Part shown: piece after piece, positions 29,235-39,848 of the stretch
Layout: each line of letters begins with the position of its first letter
Numbering within the stretch: position 1 is the first letter of the stretch
Source: Acidobacteriota bacterium
GTDB lineage: Bacteria; Acidobacteriota; Vicinamibacteria; Marinacidobacterales; Marinacidobacteraceae
Assembly (NCBI GenBank): GCA_022820545.1
Contig: JAJEFG010000093.1
Location: 1,803 to 65,802 of the forward strand
DNA: 64,000 bases
Direction of reading: 5' to 3'
Position numbers and translations under genes: made by a program
The notes under the pieces: generated by a model
What the model was told of the DNA's origin: nothing
Database searches by the model: none
Seen by the model: only the letters and a program-made list of their open reading frames with translations

Positions 29235-30215
29235 GTGCCCGAGTTTCCCGACGTCGAGCTGTACCGCGCCGCGATCGGGGGCCGGATCGTGGGTGCGCGC
29301 CTTTCGGCGTTTCGGATCGCCTCCCCGCACCTCCTCGCCTCGGTGGAGACGCCTCCCGAGGCCCTGATCGGACGGATCGCGACTGGAGTCCGCCGGATCG
29401 GCAAGCAGCTCGTCATGGAGTTCGAAGAGGAACTGTTCTGCGCCGTCCACCTGGCGGTGGCGGGACGGTTCCACTGGACCGCGAGTTCGGCCTCCGGGAA
29501 GCCGCTGCGGCTGTCCCCGCGCGGCAACCTGGCCGTCTGGGTTTTCGAATCGGAAGCCGAGAGTGGCGGAAAGCTGCGGCTCGTCGAGCGGAGCCCGAAG
29601 AAGCGCGCTTCCATCCGGGTCGGCCAGGGCCCGGAGCCCCTTCGGGCGCTCGACCGCGGCGGACTGGAAATCCCCGGATCCACCCCTGAGGAGTTCGCGG
29701 CCCGGCTCGCGGGCCTGACGAAAACCATCAAGCGGGCACTGACCGAGCCGGCCCGCTTCGCCGGGGTCGGCAACGCCTACTCGGATGAGATTCTCCACCG
29801 GGCCCGGCTCTCGCCATCGAAACGCGCCGGCAGCCTCAGCGACGAGGAGATGACGCGTCTCCACGGCGCCGCGGAGTCCGTGCTGACCGAGTGGGCCGCG
29901 CGGCTTCGGGAAGAGTGCGGCAGCGCCTTTCCCACGGGCGTCACCGCCTTCCGCGAGGGAATGGCGGTGCACGGCCGCTTCGGCCAGCCCTGTCCGGACT
30001 GCGGATCCCCGGTGCAGCGGGTGCGCCGCGCCGAGAACGAGTTCAACTACTGCGCGACCTGCCAGACCGGCGGCCGTCTGCTGGCGGATCGGGCGATGTC
30101 CCGGCTGCTCCGGAAGAAGTGGCCGCGGACGCTCAAGGCGGCCGAGGAACGACGGCGGCGGCTCGGGACGCCGGAATCCGGCTCGTCATCGCCGGGTGAC
30201 CGCGGCCGTTCCTGA
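29235..30215 (+). CDS. Fpg/Nei family DNA glycosylase
   Basis: N-terminal PE, GVGNAYSDEIL (H2TH), CPDCG...YCATCQ zinc finger. Confidence 0.92.
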   Translation: MPEFPDVELYRAAIGGRIVGARLSAFRIASPHLLASVETPPEALIGRIATGVRRIGKQLVMEFEEELFCAVHLAVAGRFHWTASSASGKPLRLSPRGNLAVWVFESEAESGGKLRLVERSPKKRASIRVGQGPEPLRALDRGGLEIPGSTPEEFAARLAGLTKTIKRALTEPARFAGVGNAYSDEILHRARLSPSKRAGSLSDEEMTRLHGAAESVLTEWAARLREECGSAFPTGVTAFREGMAVHGRFGQPCPDCGSPVQRVRRAENEFNYCATCQTGGRLLADRAMSRLLRKKWPRTLKAAEERRRRLGTPESGSSSPGDRGRS

Positions 30216-30224
30216 GCCCGGCCG

Positions 30225-30830
30225 TTACCAGGGCAAATCCACCGCGAAGATGCTGAGGATTCCGACCCCGAAGACCGCGACGGCGAGTCCGAAGAGAAGG
30301 ACGCGAACGAGGCTGGTCGCGAGCAAGACCACGATGGCGCGGCCGGGCGAGCAGCCCCCCATGTCCATGATCGAGCGCACTTCCAGAACGATGGAGTAGA
30401 TCCAGGCGAACGTGCCTACGAGCGGCACGATCCCGAAGATCCACGGACTCAGGGTGAAGTACTGCGACCGGATCCAGTCGGGATAGGACGGCAGGCCTCC
30501 CGCAGGCGCTTCCTTTACGAACAGTTGGGTAAAGAGCCGGGACAGGACGCAGTGGAAGGTGAGCCACCCGAGGACCACCAGAGGGTAGAGGAGCGTCAGG
30601 AACACGCCCAGCGTCACGACACTGCCCACGAGCGCGATCCCGAGCAAGGCCACCAGAACACTCTGGAACGTGCGGGGAGCCTCCGCGATGTGCCGGAAAG
30701 CCCCTGGGGTGAGGCTGAGGACAGCCACCAGGCGCTCTCCGAGGCCGGGTCCGAGGGCCGGATCGGCGGGCGCGGGCGGCGCTCCGTCGGGCGCGCCCGG
30801 ATTGTCGGAAGCGGGAGATGACGATTCCAT
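30225..30830 (-). CDS. Membrane protein, Yip1-like
   Basis: About five hydrophobic segments; LTPGAFRHI N-terminal pattern. Confidence 0.6.
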   Translation of the reverse strand: MESSSPASDNPGAPDGAPPAPADPALGPGLGERLVAVLSLTPGAFRHIAEAPRTFQSVLVALLGIALVGSVVTLGVFLTLLYPLVVLGWLTFHCVLSRLFTQLFVKEAPAGGLPSYPDWIRSQYFTLSPWIFGIVPLVGTFAWIYSIVLEVRSIMDMGGCSPGRAIVVLLATSLVRVLLFGLAVAVFGVGILSIFAVDLPW

Positions 30831-30915
30831 AGCGCTCGAACCTACCACGAGTTAGAGGGGATGTGCGGGTGTGTGACGGCGCTGTCCGGGCCGTCGCGCC
30901 GAGAGCACGTATGGG

Positions 30916-31038
30916 GTTGCGACGTGCGCGGCGCGGAGCGCCGCGGTGCCGGTCTGGAGACCGGCGTTCCAAGCCGCTGTGCCGCCCGTGCTCGGGAACG
31001 ATGCGCGGTGCCGGTCTGGAGACCGGCGTTCCAAGCCG
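30916..31038 (-). repeat. REP-like elements (one full, one partial)
   Basis: 30916-30976 is the reverse complement of 52643-52703 (one mismatch in 61); a second core copy lies at about 31005-31038. Confidence 0.9.
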
Positions 31039-31047
31039 TCGCGCCCC

Positions 31048-31803
31048 TCAGGCCGGTTCCTCCCGGACCCCCATGAGGCGGCCGGTGCGGCCGATCGCCG
31101 CGCCGGCGACCGTCATGCCCCAGAAGTAGCCCGGGATGGCGCCGACCAGGCAGAGGAGGACCGTGAGATCGGCAATGAAGGCGAACAGGATCAGGCTCAA
31201 CAGCAGGACGATGTAGTTTCCGAAGTTGGCTCGGATCAGGCCGACGTTCCGGTTCAGCCGGAAGGCCGCGGTGAACCGGCCGGTCGCCGCCAGTTGCACG
31301 ATCCCGGCCGGGATCAGCGCCTTGGCGATCAACGCCGCGAACACGAGGAAGAAGATGGAGGTCAGGCTCCCGATCACCGAGGTCGCCACCACCGCGGGAG
31401 AACCCATGGACTGTCCGATCAGCGCCCAGAAGACCCCGATCGCCACGAGCGCGAGGCCCATCACGATCGCCGCCAGCGTGTAGCCCGCGATCACCCCGAA
31501 CACCTTGATGCCGTCCACCAGGATCCCTCCGAAGTCATCCCAGTCGGCCATCGGGTGCTCGTCGCCGCGCAGGGCGCCCCGGGCCGTGCGGACGCCGAAA
31601 CCGAGCAACGCGAACAGGCCGAGGCCGAGCAGCGGGATGAGCACCACCATGAGGCTGCCGATCACGAACTTGGAGAGCGCCTTCGGGTCCCGGAACGCAA
31701 AGGTGAACAGACTGCCCAGGTCGAATCGCTCCGGGGCCGGCGGCGCGGGCGGCGGCGGAGGCGGCGGCTCGTCAATCGGCAGGACTGGCTGGTCTTCGGT
31801 CAT
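31048..31803 (-). CDS. DUF4013 membrane protein (paralog 1)
   Basis: FAFRDP....KF.IG, GDEHPMADWDDFG..LVDG. Confidence 0.8.
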   Translation of the reverse strand: MTEDQPVLPIDEPPPPPPPAPPAPERFDLGSLFTFAFRDPKALSKFVIGSLMVVLIPLLGLGLFALLGFGVRTARGALRGDEHPMADWDDFGGILVDGIKVFGVIAGYTLAAIVMGLALVAIGVFWALIGQSMGSPAVVATSVIGSLTSIFFLVFAALIAKALIPAGIVQLAATGRFTAAFRLNRNVGLIRANFGNYIVLLLSLILFAFIADLTVLLCLVGAIPGYFWGMTVAGAAIGRTGRLMGVREEPA

Positions 31804-31894
31804 CGTTTTCCTTCCCGGGTCGCCGGGCTCGTTTCCCTTCCCCACTACCAGCTAACGAAGGCGGTTCGGGATGGTTCTCGGGAGCAGCCGACTC

Positions 31895-32569
31895 CTAGAT
31901 CCCCATCGTGCGGGCGCTCTGTCCAAGGCCGATGCCAAACGCAGCCTGACTCCAGAACAGTCCCGGGATGATCCCGATCCCGCACAGCGCGAAACTCGCG
32001 GCCTCCAGAATCTCGATCAGGATCACGATCAGCAGGAAGACGACGTAGGTGCCGAGGTGGGCCTGGATGAGCCGGAGGTTCTCCTGGATCCGGAACGCGG
32101 AACCGATCTCGTTGCTCGCCACCATCTGCGCCAGGGCGACGGGCAGGAGGATCACCGCGAGCAGGCCGAGAAGCAGCGTCACGGGACCGAGTACGAACTC
32201 CGCGATCCCTCCGAGAACCGGGATGACGCTGAGGACCGCAGCGACGATAGTCAGCGCGAGCGGAGCCAGGAGATAGCCGAGGGCCACCCCGAGCACGCGA
32301 AGCCCGTCACCCAGCAGACTTCCGATGTCCGCCCACTCGGGCATCGGATGCTCCTCGCCCGCCCGGGCGCGCTGCGCCGTCTGGAAGGAGAAGCCGAGCA
32401 GCGCCAGCAGGCCGAGTCCGAAGAACAGGATGCCGATCACGGCGAGGCACCCGCCCAGGAACTTCGGCAGGGCGCGCGGGTCGCGGAAGGGACCTCCGAG
32501 AATGGCTCCGAGATCCAGGGTTCCGGACGCGGCATTGCCGCCGCTCGGGGTGGGGTGTTCTTCGGTCAT
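31895..32569 (-). CDS. DUF4013 membrane protein (paralog 2)
   Basis: PFRDPRALPKF, GEEHPMPEW....L.DG. Confidence 0.8.
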   Translation of the reverse strand: MTEEHPTPSGGNAASGTLDLGAILGGPFRDPRALPKFLGGCLAVIGILFFGLGLLALLGFSFQTAQRARAGEEHPMPEWADIGSLLGDGLRVLGVALGYLLAPLALTIVAAVLSVIPVLGGIAEFVLGPVTLLLGLLAVILLPVALAQMVASNEIGSAFRIQENLRLIQAHLGTYVVFLLIVILIEILEAASFALCGIGIIPGLFWSQAAFGIGLGQSARTMGI

Positions 32570-32599
32570 GCGATTTGCCTCTGCAATCCGTAACGGGTT

Positions 32600-33442
32600 T
32601 CAGTCCGCCGCGGTTTCCGCCGCTTCCATTTCGACGCCCATGATGCGGCCCGCGTGGCCGATCGCGGCGCCGGATGCCGTCCAGGTCCAGAAGAGGCCCG
32701 GCACCAGGCCCACCAGGAAGAGCGACAGGCTGAGGTTGGCGAGGATTCCGAACAGGATGAGGATCAGCAGCAGCAGGATGTAGGTCCCCGGGTGGGCGCG
32801 GATCCGGCGCAGGTTCCGGACCCAGCCGAGGGCCGGGCGGATCCGGCCGGTGGCGGCGAGCTGCATCAGTCCGGCCGGCAGGAGCGCCTTGGCGAACCCG
32901 GCCAGCAGCACCACGAACCAGCCGGTGACGACCAGACCGAAGACGGCGGCCGCTCCCATCAGGCCGGCTCCGGCCACCGGGACCGCGACCATCTCGGGCA
33001 GGATCTGGCCAAAGACGTCGGGGGCGACCCCGCTCTCCATCGCGGCGCCGGCGATCCCGGCGAAGATGCCGCCGGCGATCCCGACCGCCACCAGACCGAT
33101 CAGCGTGCCCACCAGGAAGAGCGCACCCCCGACCAGGGCCACCACGCCGGCATAGACGAGAACGACCACGACGACGCGCAGACCGTCGGCGAGCTGGCTG
33201 GCCACTCCGTCCCAACCCGGCATGGGGTGCTCTTCCCCACGGAGCGCGCCGCGCGCCGTCTGGACCGCGAAACCGAGCAGCCATAGCAACCCGAACCCGA
33301 GAAACGGGATCAGCAGGACCGCGAGGCAGCCGATCATCCATTTGCGGAACGCGCGTGGATCGCGGAACGCGAACCCGAGGAGGAAACCGAGGTCGATTCG
33401 CGCCGGCGTCGCGTCGGCAGCGGTGGTCGCTTCGTCGTTCAT
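32600..33442 (-). CDS. DUF4013 membrane protein (paralog 3)
   Basis: [21 protein letters not shown]....LADG. Confidence 0.8.
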   Translation of the reverse strand: MNDEATTAADATPARIDLGFLLGFAFRDPRAFRKWMIGCLAVLLIPFLGFGLLWLLGFAVQTARGALRGEEHPMPGWDGVASQLADGLRVVVVVLVYAGVVALVGGALFLVGTLIGLVAVGIAGGIFAGIAGAAMESGVAPDVFGQILPEMVAVPVAGAGLMGAAAVFGLVVTGWFVVLLAGFAKALLPAGLMQLAATGRIRPALGWVRNLRRIRAHPGTYILLLLILILFGILANLSLSLFLVGLVPGLFWTWTASGAAIGHAGRIMGVEMEAAETAAD

Positions 33443-33490
33443 CTTGGCCCCCGGAGGGGCCGGGCGTTAGCCTTACCGCCCCTCGCGCCG

Positions 33491-36202
33491 ATGTTACATA
33501 ACTCCTTCGGGTCCCTGGTAAAACACCGCACCCCGGGCGGAGACGTGCACGTTTACGCCCTCGAAGCGGTGGAGCGGGAAGGACTCGGGTCCATCGCCCG
33601 GCTACCGTTCTCGATTCGGGTGCTTCTCGAGTCGTTGCTCCGCGGGGTGGACGGACGGACGGTCCGCGAAGAGGACGTGGCCGCCCTCGCGGCCTGGAAC
33701 GCCGCCGCGCCGGCCCGGCGCGAGGTTCCGTTCCGCCCGGCGCGCGTCATCCTGCAGGACTTCACCGGCGTTCCCGCGCTCGTGGACCTCGCCGCCATGC
33801 GGTCCGCGCTGGCCCGGATGGGGGGCGACCCCTCGCGGATCAATCCGAAGGCGCCGGTGGATCTCGTCATCGACCACTCGGTGGTGGTCGATTCCTTCGG
33901 CACCCCGATGGCGGCCCGCGAGAACGCGGCGATCGAGTTCGAACGGAACCAGGAGCGCTACCGGTTCCTGCGCTGGGGAGCAGAGGCGTTCTCGCGCTTC
34001 CGGGTCGTTCCCCCCGCCACCGGCATCGTCCACCAGGTGAACCTCGAACTCCTGGCCCAGGTGGTCATGGAGGACGGCGAGGGCGACGAGCGGGTGCTGC
34101 TGCCGGACACCCTGGTGGGGACCGATTCCCACACCACCATGATCAACGGCCTCGGCGTCCTGGGTTGGGGCGTCGGCGGCATCGAGGCCGAGGCGGCCAT
34201 GCTCGGCCAGCCCTGCTACCTCATCACGCCGAAGGTGGTCGGTTTCCGCCTGAGCGGCGCCCTGCAGGAGGGAGTCACCGCGACCGACCTCGTGCTCACC
34301 ATCACCGAGCGGCTGCGCGCCCACGGCGTGGTGGAGAGCTTCGTGGAGTTCTTCGGCGAAGGGCTTTCGGAGATCTCGCTTTCCGACCGCGCCACGGTGG
34401 CCAACATGGCGCCCGAATACGGCGCCACGATGGGTTTCTTTCCGGTGGACGCCGAGACCCTCTCCTATCTCCGCCGCACCGGCCGGAGCGACGAGGATGT
34501 GGACCGGGTCGAGGTGTACACCAAGCGCCAGGGCCTGTTCCGGACCGACGAGACCCCGGACCCGGAATACACCGACGTGCTCGAGCTCGACCTGGGAACG
34601 GTGGAGCCGAGCCTCGCGGGCCCGAAGCGGCCGCAGGACCGGGTGGCGCTCTCCGACATGCAGCGCGCCTTCCGCTGGTCCCTGACCGCGCCGGTGGCGG
34701 AGCGGGGTTTCGCCCTCGAGTCCGAGCAGCTCGCGCGGACGGCAAGCGCCGGGAACGGCCGGAACCTGGGCCACGGCGCCGTAGTGATCGCGGCGATCAC
34801 TTCCTGCACGAACACCTCGAACCCGGGCGTGATGCTCGCCGCCGGGCTGCTGGCGCAGCGGGCGGTGAAGCTGGGGCTCACCACCCCGGATCACGTCAAG
34901 ACCTCGCTCGCGCCGGGTTCGAAGGCGGTCACGGAGTACCTGCGGGACGCGGGCCTGTTGGGCCCCCTCGCCGATCTCGGTTTCCACCTGGTGGGCTACG
35001 GGTGCACGACCTGCATCGGGAACAGCGGGCCGCTGCCGGAGAGGGTGGAGCGGGCCATCGAGAGCGCCGACCTGGTGGCGGCTTCGGTCCTTTCCGGGAA
35101 CCGCAACTTCGAGGGCCGCGTGCACCCGAGCGTGCGCGCCAACTACCTGGCGTCTCCACCGCTGGTCGTCGCCTACGCGCTCGCCGGTACCGTGGACATC
35201 GATCTGGAGGAGGAACCGCTCGGAACCGGCGCCGACGGCAATCCGGTGTTCCTGCGCGATGTCTGGCCGAGCAGCGAGGACGTCCGGGACGCTCTCGACC
35301 GGGCGCTCCGCCCGGAGACCTTCCGCCGGATGTACGGCAACGTCTGGGACGGAAACCCCACCTGGAACGAGATCCCGGTGGACGCCTCCGAGATCTACCC
35401 CTGGGACGAAAGCTCCACCTACATCCAGGAGCCGCCGTTCTTCTCCGGAATGACCGCCGAGCCGGCGCTCCCGGCCGATATCCGGGGAGCGCGGGTGCTC
35501 GTCCGCTGCGGCGATTCGGTCACCACCGACCACATCTCGCCCGCCGGCACCATCGCCTTCGATTCGCCGGCCGGCAACTGGCTTCGGGAGCGCGGGATCG
35601 AACGCCGCGACTTCAACTCCTACGGCTCGCGCCGCGGCAACGACCGGATCATGCTCCGCGGCACCTTCGCGAACATCCGGTTCCGGAACCAGCTCGCGGG
35701 CGGCGCCGAGGGCGGATTCACGGTCCACCACCCGTCGGGCGAGCAGACCACCATCTTCGAGGCCGCGCGGCGCTATCGCGAGGAGGGCACCCCGCTCGTG
35801 ATCCTCGCCGGCAAGGAGTACGGGACCGGCTCCTCCCGCGACTGGGCCGCCAAGGGAACGCTGCTCCTGGGCGTCAAGGCGGTGATCGCCGAGAGCTTCG
35901 AGCGCATCCACCGCAGCAACCTGGTCGGCATGGGCGTCCTGCCGCTCGAGTTCCCGGCGGGAGAAAATGCGGAATCCCTCGGTCTGATCGGCGACGAGCT
36001 CCTCGACATCGAGGGCGTGAGCAACGGTCTCGCACCCGGCGTCCGGGTCACGGTGACCGCAAGGCGGAACGGGAAGTCGCGCTCGTTCGAGGCGCGCTGC
36101 CGCCTCGACTCGGCGGTGGAAGTGGACTACTACCGGAACGGCGGCATCCTGCAGACGGTGATGCGCGACCTGGCCCGGGAAGAAGAGCCGGCCACCGCCT
36201 GA
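33491..36202 (+). CDS. acnA: Aconitate hydratase A
   Basis: [52 protein letters not shown]. Confidence 0.98.
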   Translation: MLHNSFGSLVKHRTPGGDVHVYALEAVEREGLGSIARLPFSIRVLLESLLRGVDGRTVREEDVAALAAWNAAAPARREVPFRPARVILQDFTGVPALVDLAAMRSALARMGGDPSRINPKAPVDLVIDHSVVVDSFGTPMAARENAAIEFERNQERYRFLRWGAEAFSRFRVVPPATGIVHQVNLELLAQVVMEDGEGDERVLLPDTLVGTDSHTTMINGLGVLGWGVGGIEAEAAMLGQPCYLITPKVVGFRLSGALQEGVTATDLVLTITERLRAHGVVESFVEFFGEGLSEISLSDRATVANMAPEYGATMGFFPVDAETLSYLRRTGRSDEDVDRVEVYTKRQGLFRTDETPDPEYTDVLELDLGTVEPSLAGPKRPQDRVALSDMQRAFRWSLTAPVAERGFALESEQLARTASAGNGRNLGHGAVVIAAITSCTNTSNPGVMLAAGLLAQRAVKLGLTTPDHVKTSLAPGSKAVTEYLRDAGLLGPLADLGFHLVGYGCTTCIGNSGPLPERVERAIESADLVAASVLSGNRNFEGRVHPSVRANYLASPPLVVAYALAGTVDIDLEEEPLGTGADGNPVFLRDVWPSSEDVRDALDRALRPETFRRMYGNVWDGNPTWNEIPVDASEIYPWDESSTYIQEPPFFSGMTAEPALPADIRGARVLVRCGDSVTTDHISPAGTIAFDSPAGNWLRERGIERRDFNSYGSRRGNDRIMLRGTFANIRFRNQLAGGAEGGFTVHHPSGEQTTIFEAARRYREEGTPLVILAGKEYGTGSSRDWAAKGTLLLGVKAVIAESFERIHRSNLVGMGVLPLEFPAGENAESLGLIGDELLDIEGVSNGLAPGVRVTVTARRNGKSRSFEARCRLDSAVEVDYYRNGGILQTVMRDLAREEEPATA

Positions 36203-36243
36203 GCCGCCCCAAACGGCGCCCCCCGGGCGCTTGCGCAGTCCGC

Positions 36244-36324
36244 CTACGGACTGAGAAAGGGATCCATCACCCGGACCCCACCGTAGTCCTGGCCGCTCGT
36301 GTCCACGACACCTTCAGCGCGCGA
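36244..36324 (-). pseudogene. Internally deleted PIN/VapC toxin remnant
   Basis: 27 codons, xRAEGVVDTS-GQDYGGVRVMDPFLSP*: the N-terminal (F/V)xDT(N) and C-terminal GQxYGGVRVxxPF of PIN toxins joined directly, with no start codon. Confidence 0.7.
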
Positions 36325-36544
36325 GGAGATCGTCACGCGTCCAACTGCGGGAGCCGATCCTGGCAGCGGAATGCGCGCTCAGTTCGCGGATGCGCTTGCG
36401 CGCTCGGCGCGTCCGGTCCTCCTGAGTCGCGATTCCTTCCAGAAACTCGCGCACGAGGGAGTCAACCGAAGACCCACGCGCGGCAGCATAGCTCCGCACG
36501 GCCCGTAGGACCGTTTCTTCCACGCTCACGGTGATACTCATCAA
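36314..36544 (-). CDS. Ribbon-helix-helix antitoxin (DUF6364/VapB-like)
   Basis: ITVSVEE.VL..VR.YAA.RG.SV..LVREFL and C-terminal WTRDDLLAR typical of VapB-type antitoxins. Confidence 0.8.
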   Translation of the reverse strand: MMSITVSVEETVLRAVRSYAAARGSSVDSLVREFLEGIATQEDRTRRARKRIRELSAHSAARIGSRSWTRDDLLAR

Positions 36545-36574
36545 GACAGGATACGTATCCCGGTGTTCGTCCGC

Positions 36575-37555
36575 TCAGCGCGCCGAGGTGGGGGTCTCGC
36601 CGGCGAGGATGCGCCGGAAGACGCCCATCTCGATGTTGCCCCCGGAGACCACGCAGACGATCCGGCGCGCGCGGTCCTCTTCACCCGGCCGCCGCGGTAC
36701 CCGGCCGGCGATGGCCACCGCCACCGGGCTGGCGCCGGCGCCCTCGGCCACGATCCGGCTCCGGCCGGCCAGGATTCGCACGGCCTCGGCGATCTCGTCG
36801 GGTGAGGCCAACAGCGGTTCCTCCAGGAACTCCTGAACGAGCGGCCACATCGGGTCCAGCACCGTATTTCCGCCGATCCCGTCCACGAAGCTGGGCTCGG
36901 TGTCGATCCACTGGGGCGATCCGTGCCGCACCGCGGCCGCGACCTTTGCCGACGTGGTGACCTCGACCGGGTGGACCCGCGCGCTGGAGCCCTTCAGACG
37001 GAGAGCGTTCGAAATCCCGCAACTCAGGCCGCCGCCCCCGAAGGGAACCAGCACCGCGTCCACGTCAGGCAGGTCCTCGAAGATCTCCAGCCCTGCCGTG
37101 GCGTTGCCCACCATCACCTCCCTTTCCTCGACCGGGTGGACGAAGCGGGCGTCGAGCCCCGGATGGGTGTGGGTCACGATCGCCTTCCACCACTCCGGGA
37201 AGGGTTGGACCACGATCTCCGCCCCGAGCGCGGCGATGGATTCGCGCTTGTTCTCCGGCGACGTGTCGGGCACCACCACCGTGCAGGGAACGCCCCGTTC
37301 CCGGGCCATGAAGGCGGCCGCCTGGGCCCAGTTCCCGGCGCTCGCGGTCATCACTCCGCCCGATAGTTCCGCGTCGCTGAGCGAACCGAAGAGATTGGCG
37401 GCGGCGCGGATCTTGAAGCAGGCGAAGGGCTGGAGGTTCTCGAGCTTCAGCCAGACCTCGTCGGGACCCTCCGCCGGCAGTCTCACCAGCGGAGTCCGGA
37501 CCGCGTAGGGCGCGATCCGGGCGCGCGCCGCCTCGATCTCGGTGAGCGGGATCAT
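36575..37555 (-). CDS. PLP-dependent threonine/serine dehydratase family
   Basis: LKLENLQ...FKIR, ASAGN, GGGGL, SGGN. Confidence 0.9.
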   Translation of the reverse strand: MIPLTEIEAARARIAPYAVRTPLVRLPAEGPDEVWLKLENLQPFACFKIRAAANLFGSLSDAELSGGVMTASAGNWAQAAAFMARERGVPCTVVVPDTSPENKRESIAALGAEIVVQPFPEWWKAIVTHTHPGLDARFVHPVEEREVMVGNATAGLEIFEDLPDVDAVLVPFGGGGLSCGISNALRLKGSSARVHPVEVTTSAKVAAAVRHGSPQWIDTEPSFVDGIGGNTVLDPMWPLVQEFLEEPLLASPDEIAEAVRILAGRSRIVAEGAGASPVAVAIAGRVPRRPGEEDRARRIVCVVSGGNIEMGVFRRILAGETPTSAR

Positions 37556-37567
37556 GGGCGCGGGAGT

Positions 37568-38344
37568 CTATGCGCGAGACGCGGCGCCCCGGGAAACCAC
37601 GATCCGGATGCCCTCCAGCGTCAAACGCTCGTCCACGCGATCCACCACGCCGGTCCAGTCCGCCACCTGCTGCGCGAGGCCGCCGGTCGCGATGACCGTG
37701 TAGTTCCCACCGAGTTCCTCCTTGAGCAATCGGACCATCTCGCGCACCATGCCGGTCCAGCCGTGGACCAGGCCGGACTGCATGGCGGCGACGGTGTGCG
37801 TCCCGACGACCCGCTTCGGTGGCCGAAGTTCCACCTTCGGGAGCCGGGCCGTCCGGCGGACGAGCGCCTCGGCGGAGATTCCGAGCCCGGGGGCGATCGC
37901 GCCGCCCCGGTACTCCCCTTCCCGGGAGATCACATCGAACGTCAGCGCCGTGCCGGCATCCAGGACGATGGCGTCCACTCCGTAGAGGTGATGGACCGCC
38001 ACGGTGTTGGCGATGCGGTCGGGGCCGGTCTCCTCGGGAGTATCCACGGCGAGGCGGATCCCGCGGGCGGTCTTGTGGTTCAGAACGAACAGAGGGCTCC
38101 CGAAGTGGCGCTCCGCAAGATTCCGCAGGATCTCGGTCGCCGAGGGGACCACGCTCGCCGCTGCCAGGCCGTCAATCTCCTGCCGCGAGACGCCGGCCCC
38201 GGCGAGCAGGCTGTCCACCAGCGCCGCCGTTTCGTCCGCCAGGCGTTCGGCCTGGGTGGAGATCCGCCAGTCCCGGACCCAGGAGTCGCCGTCGTGCAGG
38301 CCGATGGCGGTCTTGGTGTTGCCGACGTCGAAGACGAGGAGCAT
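37568..38344 (-). CDS. coaX: Type III pantothenate kinase
   Basis: DVGNT, SVVP, GPDR, DAGTA.TFD, GGAIAPG, ATGG. Confidence 0.95.
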   Translation of the reverse strand: MLLVFDVGNTKTAIGLHDGDSWVRDWRISTQAERLADETAALVDSLLAGAGVSRQEIDGLAAASVVPSATEILRNLAERHFGSPLFVLNHKTARGIRLAVDTPEETGPDRIANTVAVHHLYGVDAIVLDAGTALTFDVISREGEYRGGAIAPGLGISAEALVRRTARLPKVELRPPKRVVGTHTVAAMQSGLVHGWTGMVREMVRLLKEELGGNYTVIATGGLAQQVADWTGVVDRVDERLTLEGIRIVVSRGAASRA

Positions 38345-38357
38345 TGGCCCCGGAATC

Positions 38358-39338
38358 CTACGGGACCGAATCCGCCGGTGGCCCCTCCGTGTCGGACCTC
38401 CCCGCCGCGTCGCGGGTGGCGGTGACGCGCCAGACCCCGGCGAGAACGCTGCCGATGAGTGAATGGAACAGACTCGAGATGGCGCTCGGAACCGCGACCA
38501 GCGGGCTCGTGAAGTTCTGCTGGGCGAGCACCGTCCCGAGCCCGGAGTTCTGCATGCCGACCTCAATGGAGACGGTTCGCGCGGTCGGGACGCGGGGCGA
38601 AACGAGCCGGGTAAGGGCGTAGCCAAAGAAGAAGCCCCCGGCGTGGAGCGCGAACACGGCAACGACCAGCAGGTCGCCCGATTCGAGGATGATCGCCCGG
38701 CTCGAACCGATGATCGATGCGACGATCAGGGTGATCAGCACCACGGACGTGAACGGGCCGTAGGGAAGGACCGCGCGGGTGAGTCCCGAGGCATACCGCC
38801 TCAGGACGAGGCCGGCCGCGACCGGCAGGATGACGACCTGCACGGTGCTGAGCAGGAGGCCGGCCGCCGGTACGTCGATGCGGCTGCTCGCCAGCATCGC
38901 GGTCAGCGCCGGCGTCAGCAACACGGAAAAGCCGGTCGACACCGCGGTCATCGACACGGAGAGCGGGACGTCGGCCAGGGCCAGATAGGAGATCACGTTC
39001 GAAGCCACCCCGCCGGGGCAGCAGGAGACCAGGATGAGTCCCACCGCGAACTCCCGCGGCAGATCGAGCGCCCAGGCCACCGTCCAGCCCATCAGGGGCA
39101 TCACCACGTACTGGAGCACCACACCCAGCCCGATGGGCGCCGGCCGCCGCAGGACGCGCCGGAAGTCGTCCACCTCGAGGGTCAGCCCCATGCCCAGCAT
39201 GATGAGGCCGAGGCCGACGGTGATCAGGCCGCCGCTGAACCAGGTGAAGAACTCCGGCCGCCAGAGCGCGAGGAGGCTGGCCAACAGCGCCCAGACCGGA
39301 AACGCGAACGTCCCGATCCGCAGGGCCTGGTGAAGCAT
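38358..39338 (-). CDS. Bile acid:sodium symporter (BASS) family transporter, PanS-like
   Basis: IMLGMGLTL, CCPGG.ASNV, SIEVGMQNSGL. Confidence 0.92.
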   Translation of the reverse strand: MLHQALRIGTFAFPVWALLASLLALWRPEFFTWFSGGLITVGLGLIMLGMGLTLEVDDFRRVLRRPAPIGLGVVLQYVVMPLMGWTVAWALDLPREFAVGLILVSCCPGGVASNVISYLALADVPLSVSMTAVSTGFSVLLTPALTAMLASSRIDVPAAGLLLSTVQVVILPVAAGLVLRRYASGLTRAVLPYGPFTSVVLITLIVASIIGSSRAIILESGDLLVVAVFALHAGGFFFGYALTRLVSPRVPTARTVSIEVGMQNSGLGTVLAQQNFTSPLVAVPSAISSLFHSLIGSVLAGVWRVTATRDAAGRSDTEGPPADSVP

Positions 39339-39451
39339 CGCGGGAGCTTAGTGGGGCTCCGCGGACCGGCCGGGATAATGTGCTGGCTCCGGGCCGCGCC
39401 CTGCGATCCACCTCCGGACACGAAGCCCGGGGCCCAAGGAGCGACGAAGCG

Positions 39452-39817
39452 ATGAACCCGTCCGCGACCCCGCCCCGGACCATCGCCGACTACCTCGCGA
39501 GCCTGGATCCGGCAAGCCGGGCCGCGCTGGAGCAGGTCCGCCACGCAGTCCAGGCGGCGGCCCCCGAGGCGGAGGAGTGCATCAGCTACGGGATGCCCGC
39601 GTTCCGCCTCAACGGCAAGCTCATCGCCGGATTCCGAGCGGCCGCCAAACACTGCTCGTTTCATCCCATGAGCGGACACACGGTCGGCACGCTGGGGGCC
39701 GAGCTGGACGGGTACGACACCAGCAAGGGAACGGTTCGGTTCTCCCCGCGCACCGGACTGCCGTCCGCGCTCGTGCGGCGCCTCGTCAACGCGAGGATCG
39801 CGGAACTCCCGGACTAG
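39452..39817 (+). CDS. DUF1801 / YdhG-like protein
   Basis: TIADYL, EECISYGMPAF, SKGTVRF; AAGGAG SD. Confidence 0.85.
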   Translation: MNPSATPPRTIADYLASLDPASRAALEQVRHAVQAAAPEAEECISYGMPAFRLNGKLIAGFRAAAKHCSFHPMSGHTVGTLGAELDGYDTSKGTVRFSPRTGLPSALVRRLVNARIAELPD

Positions 39818-39848
39818 CGCCGCCCGCTGGCGGGACCGGCCGGAAAGA

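Noticed and set aside
30852-31129. Small ORFs beginning MERRSPDRH (also at 52647)
   Set aside because: They are translations of the REP-like repeats, not genes.
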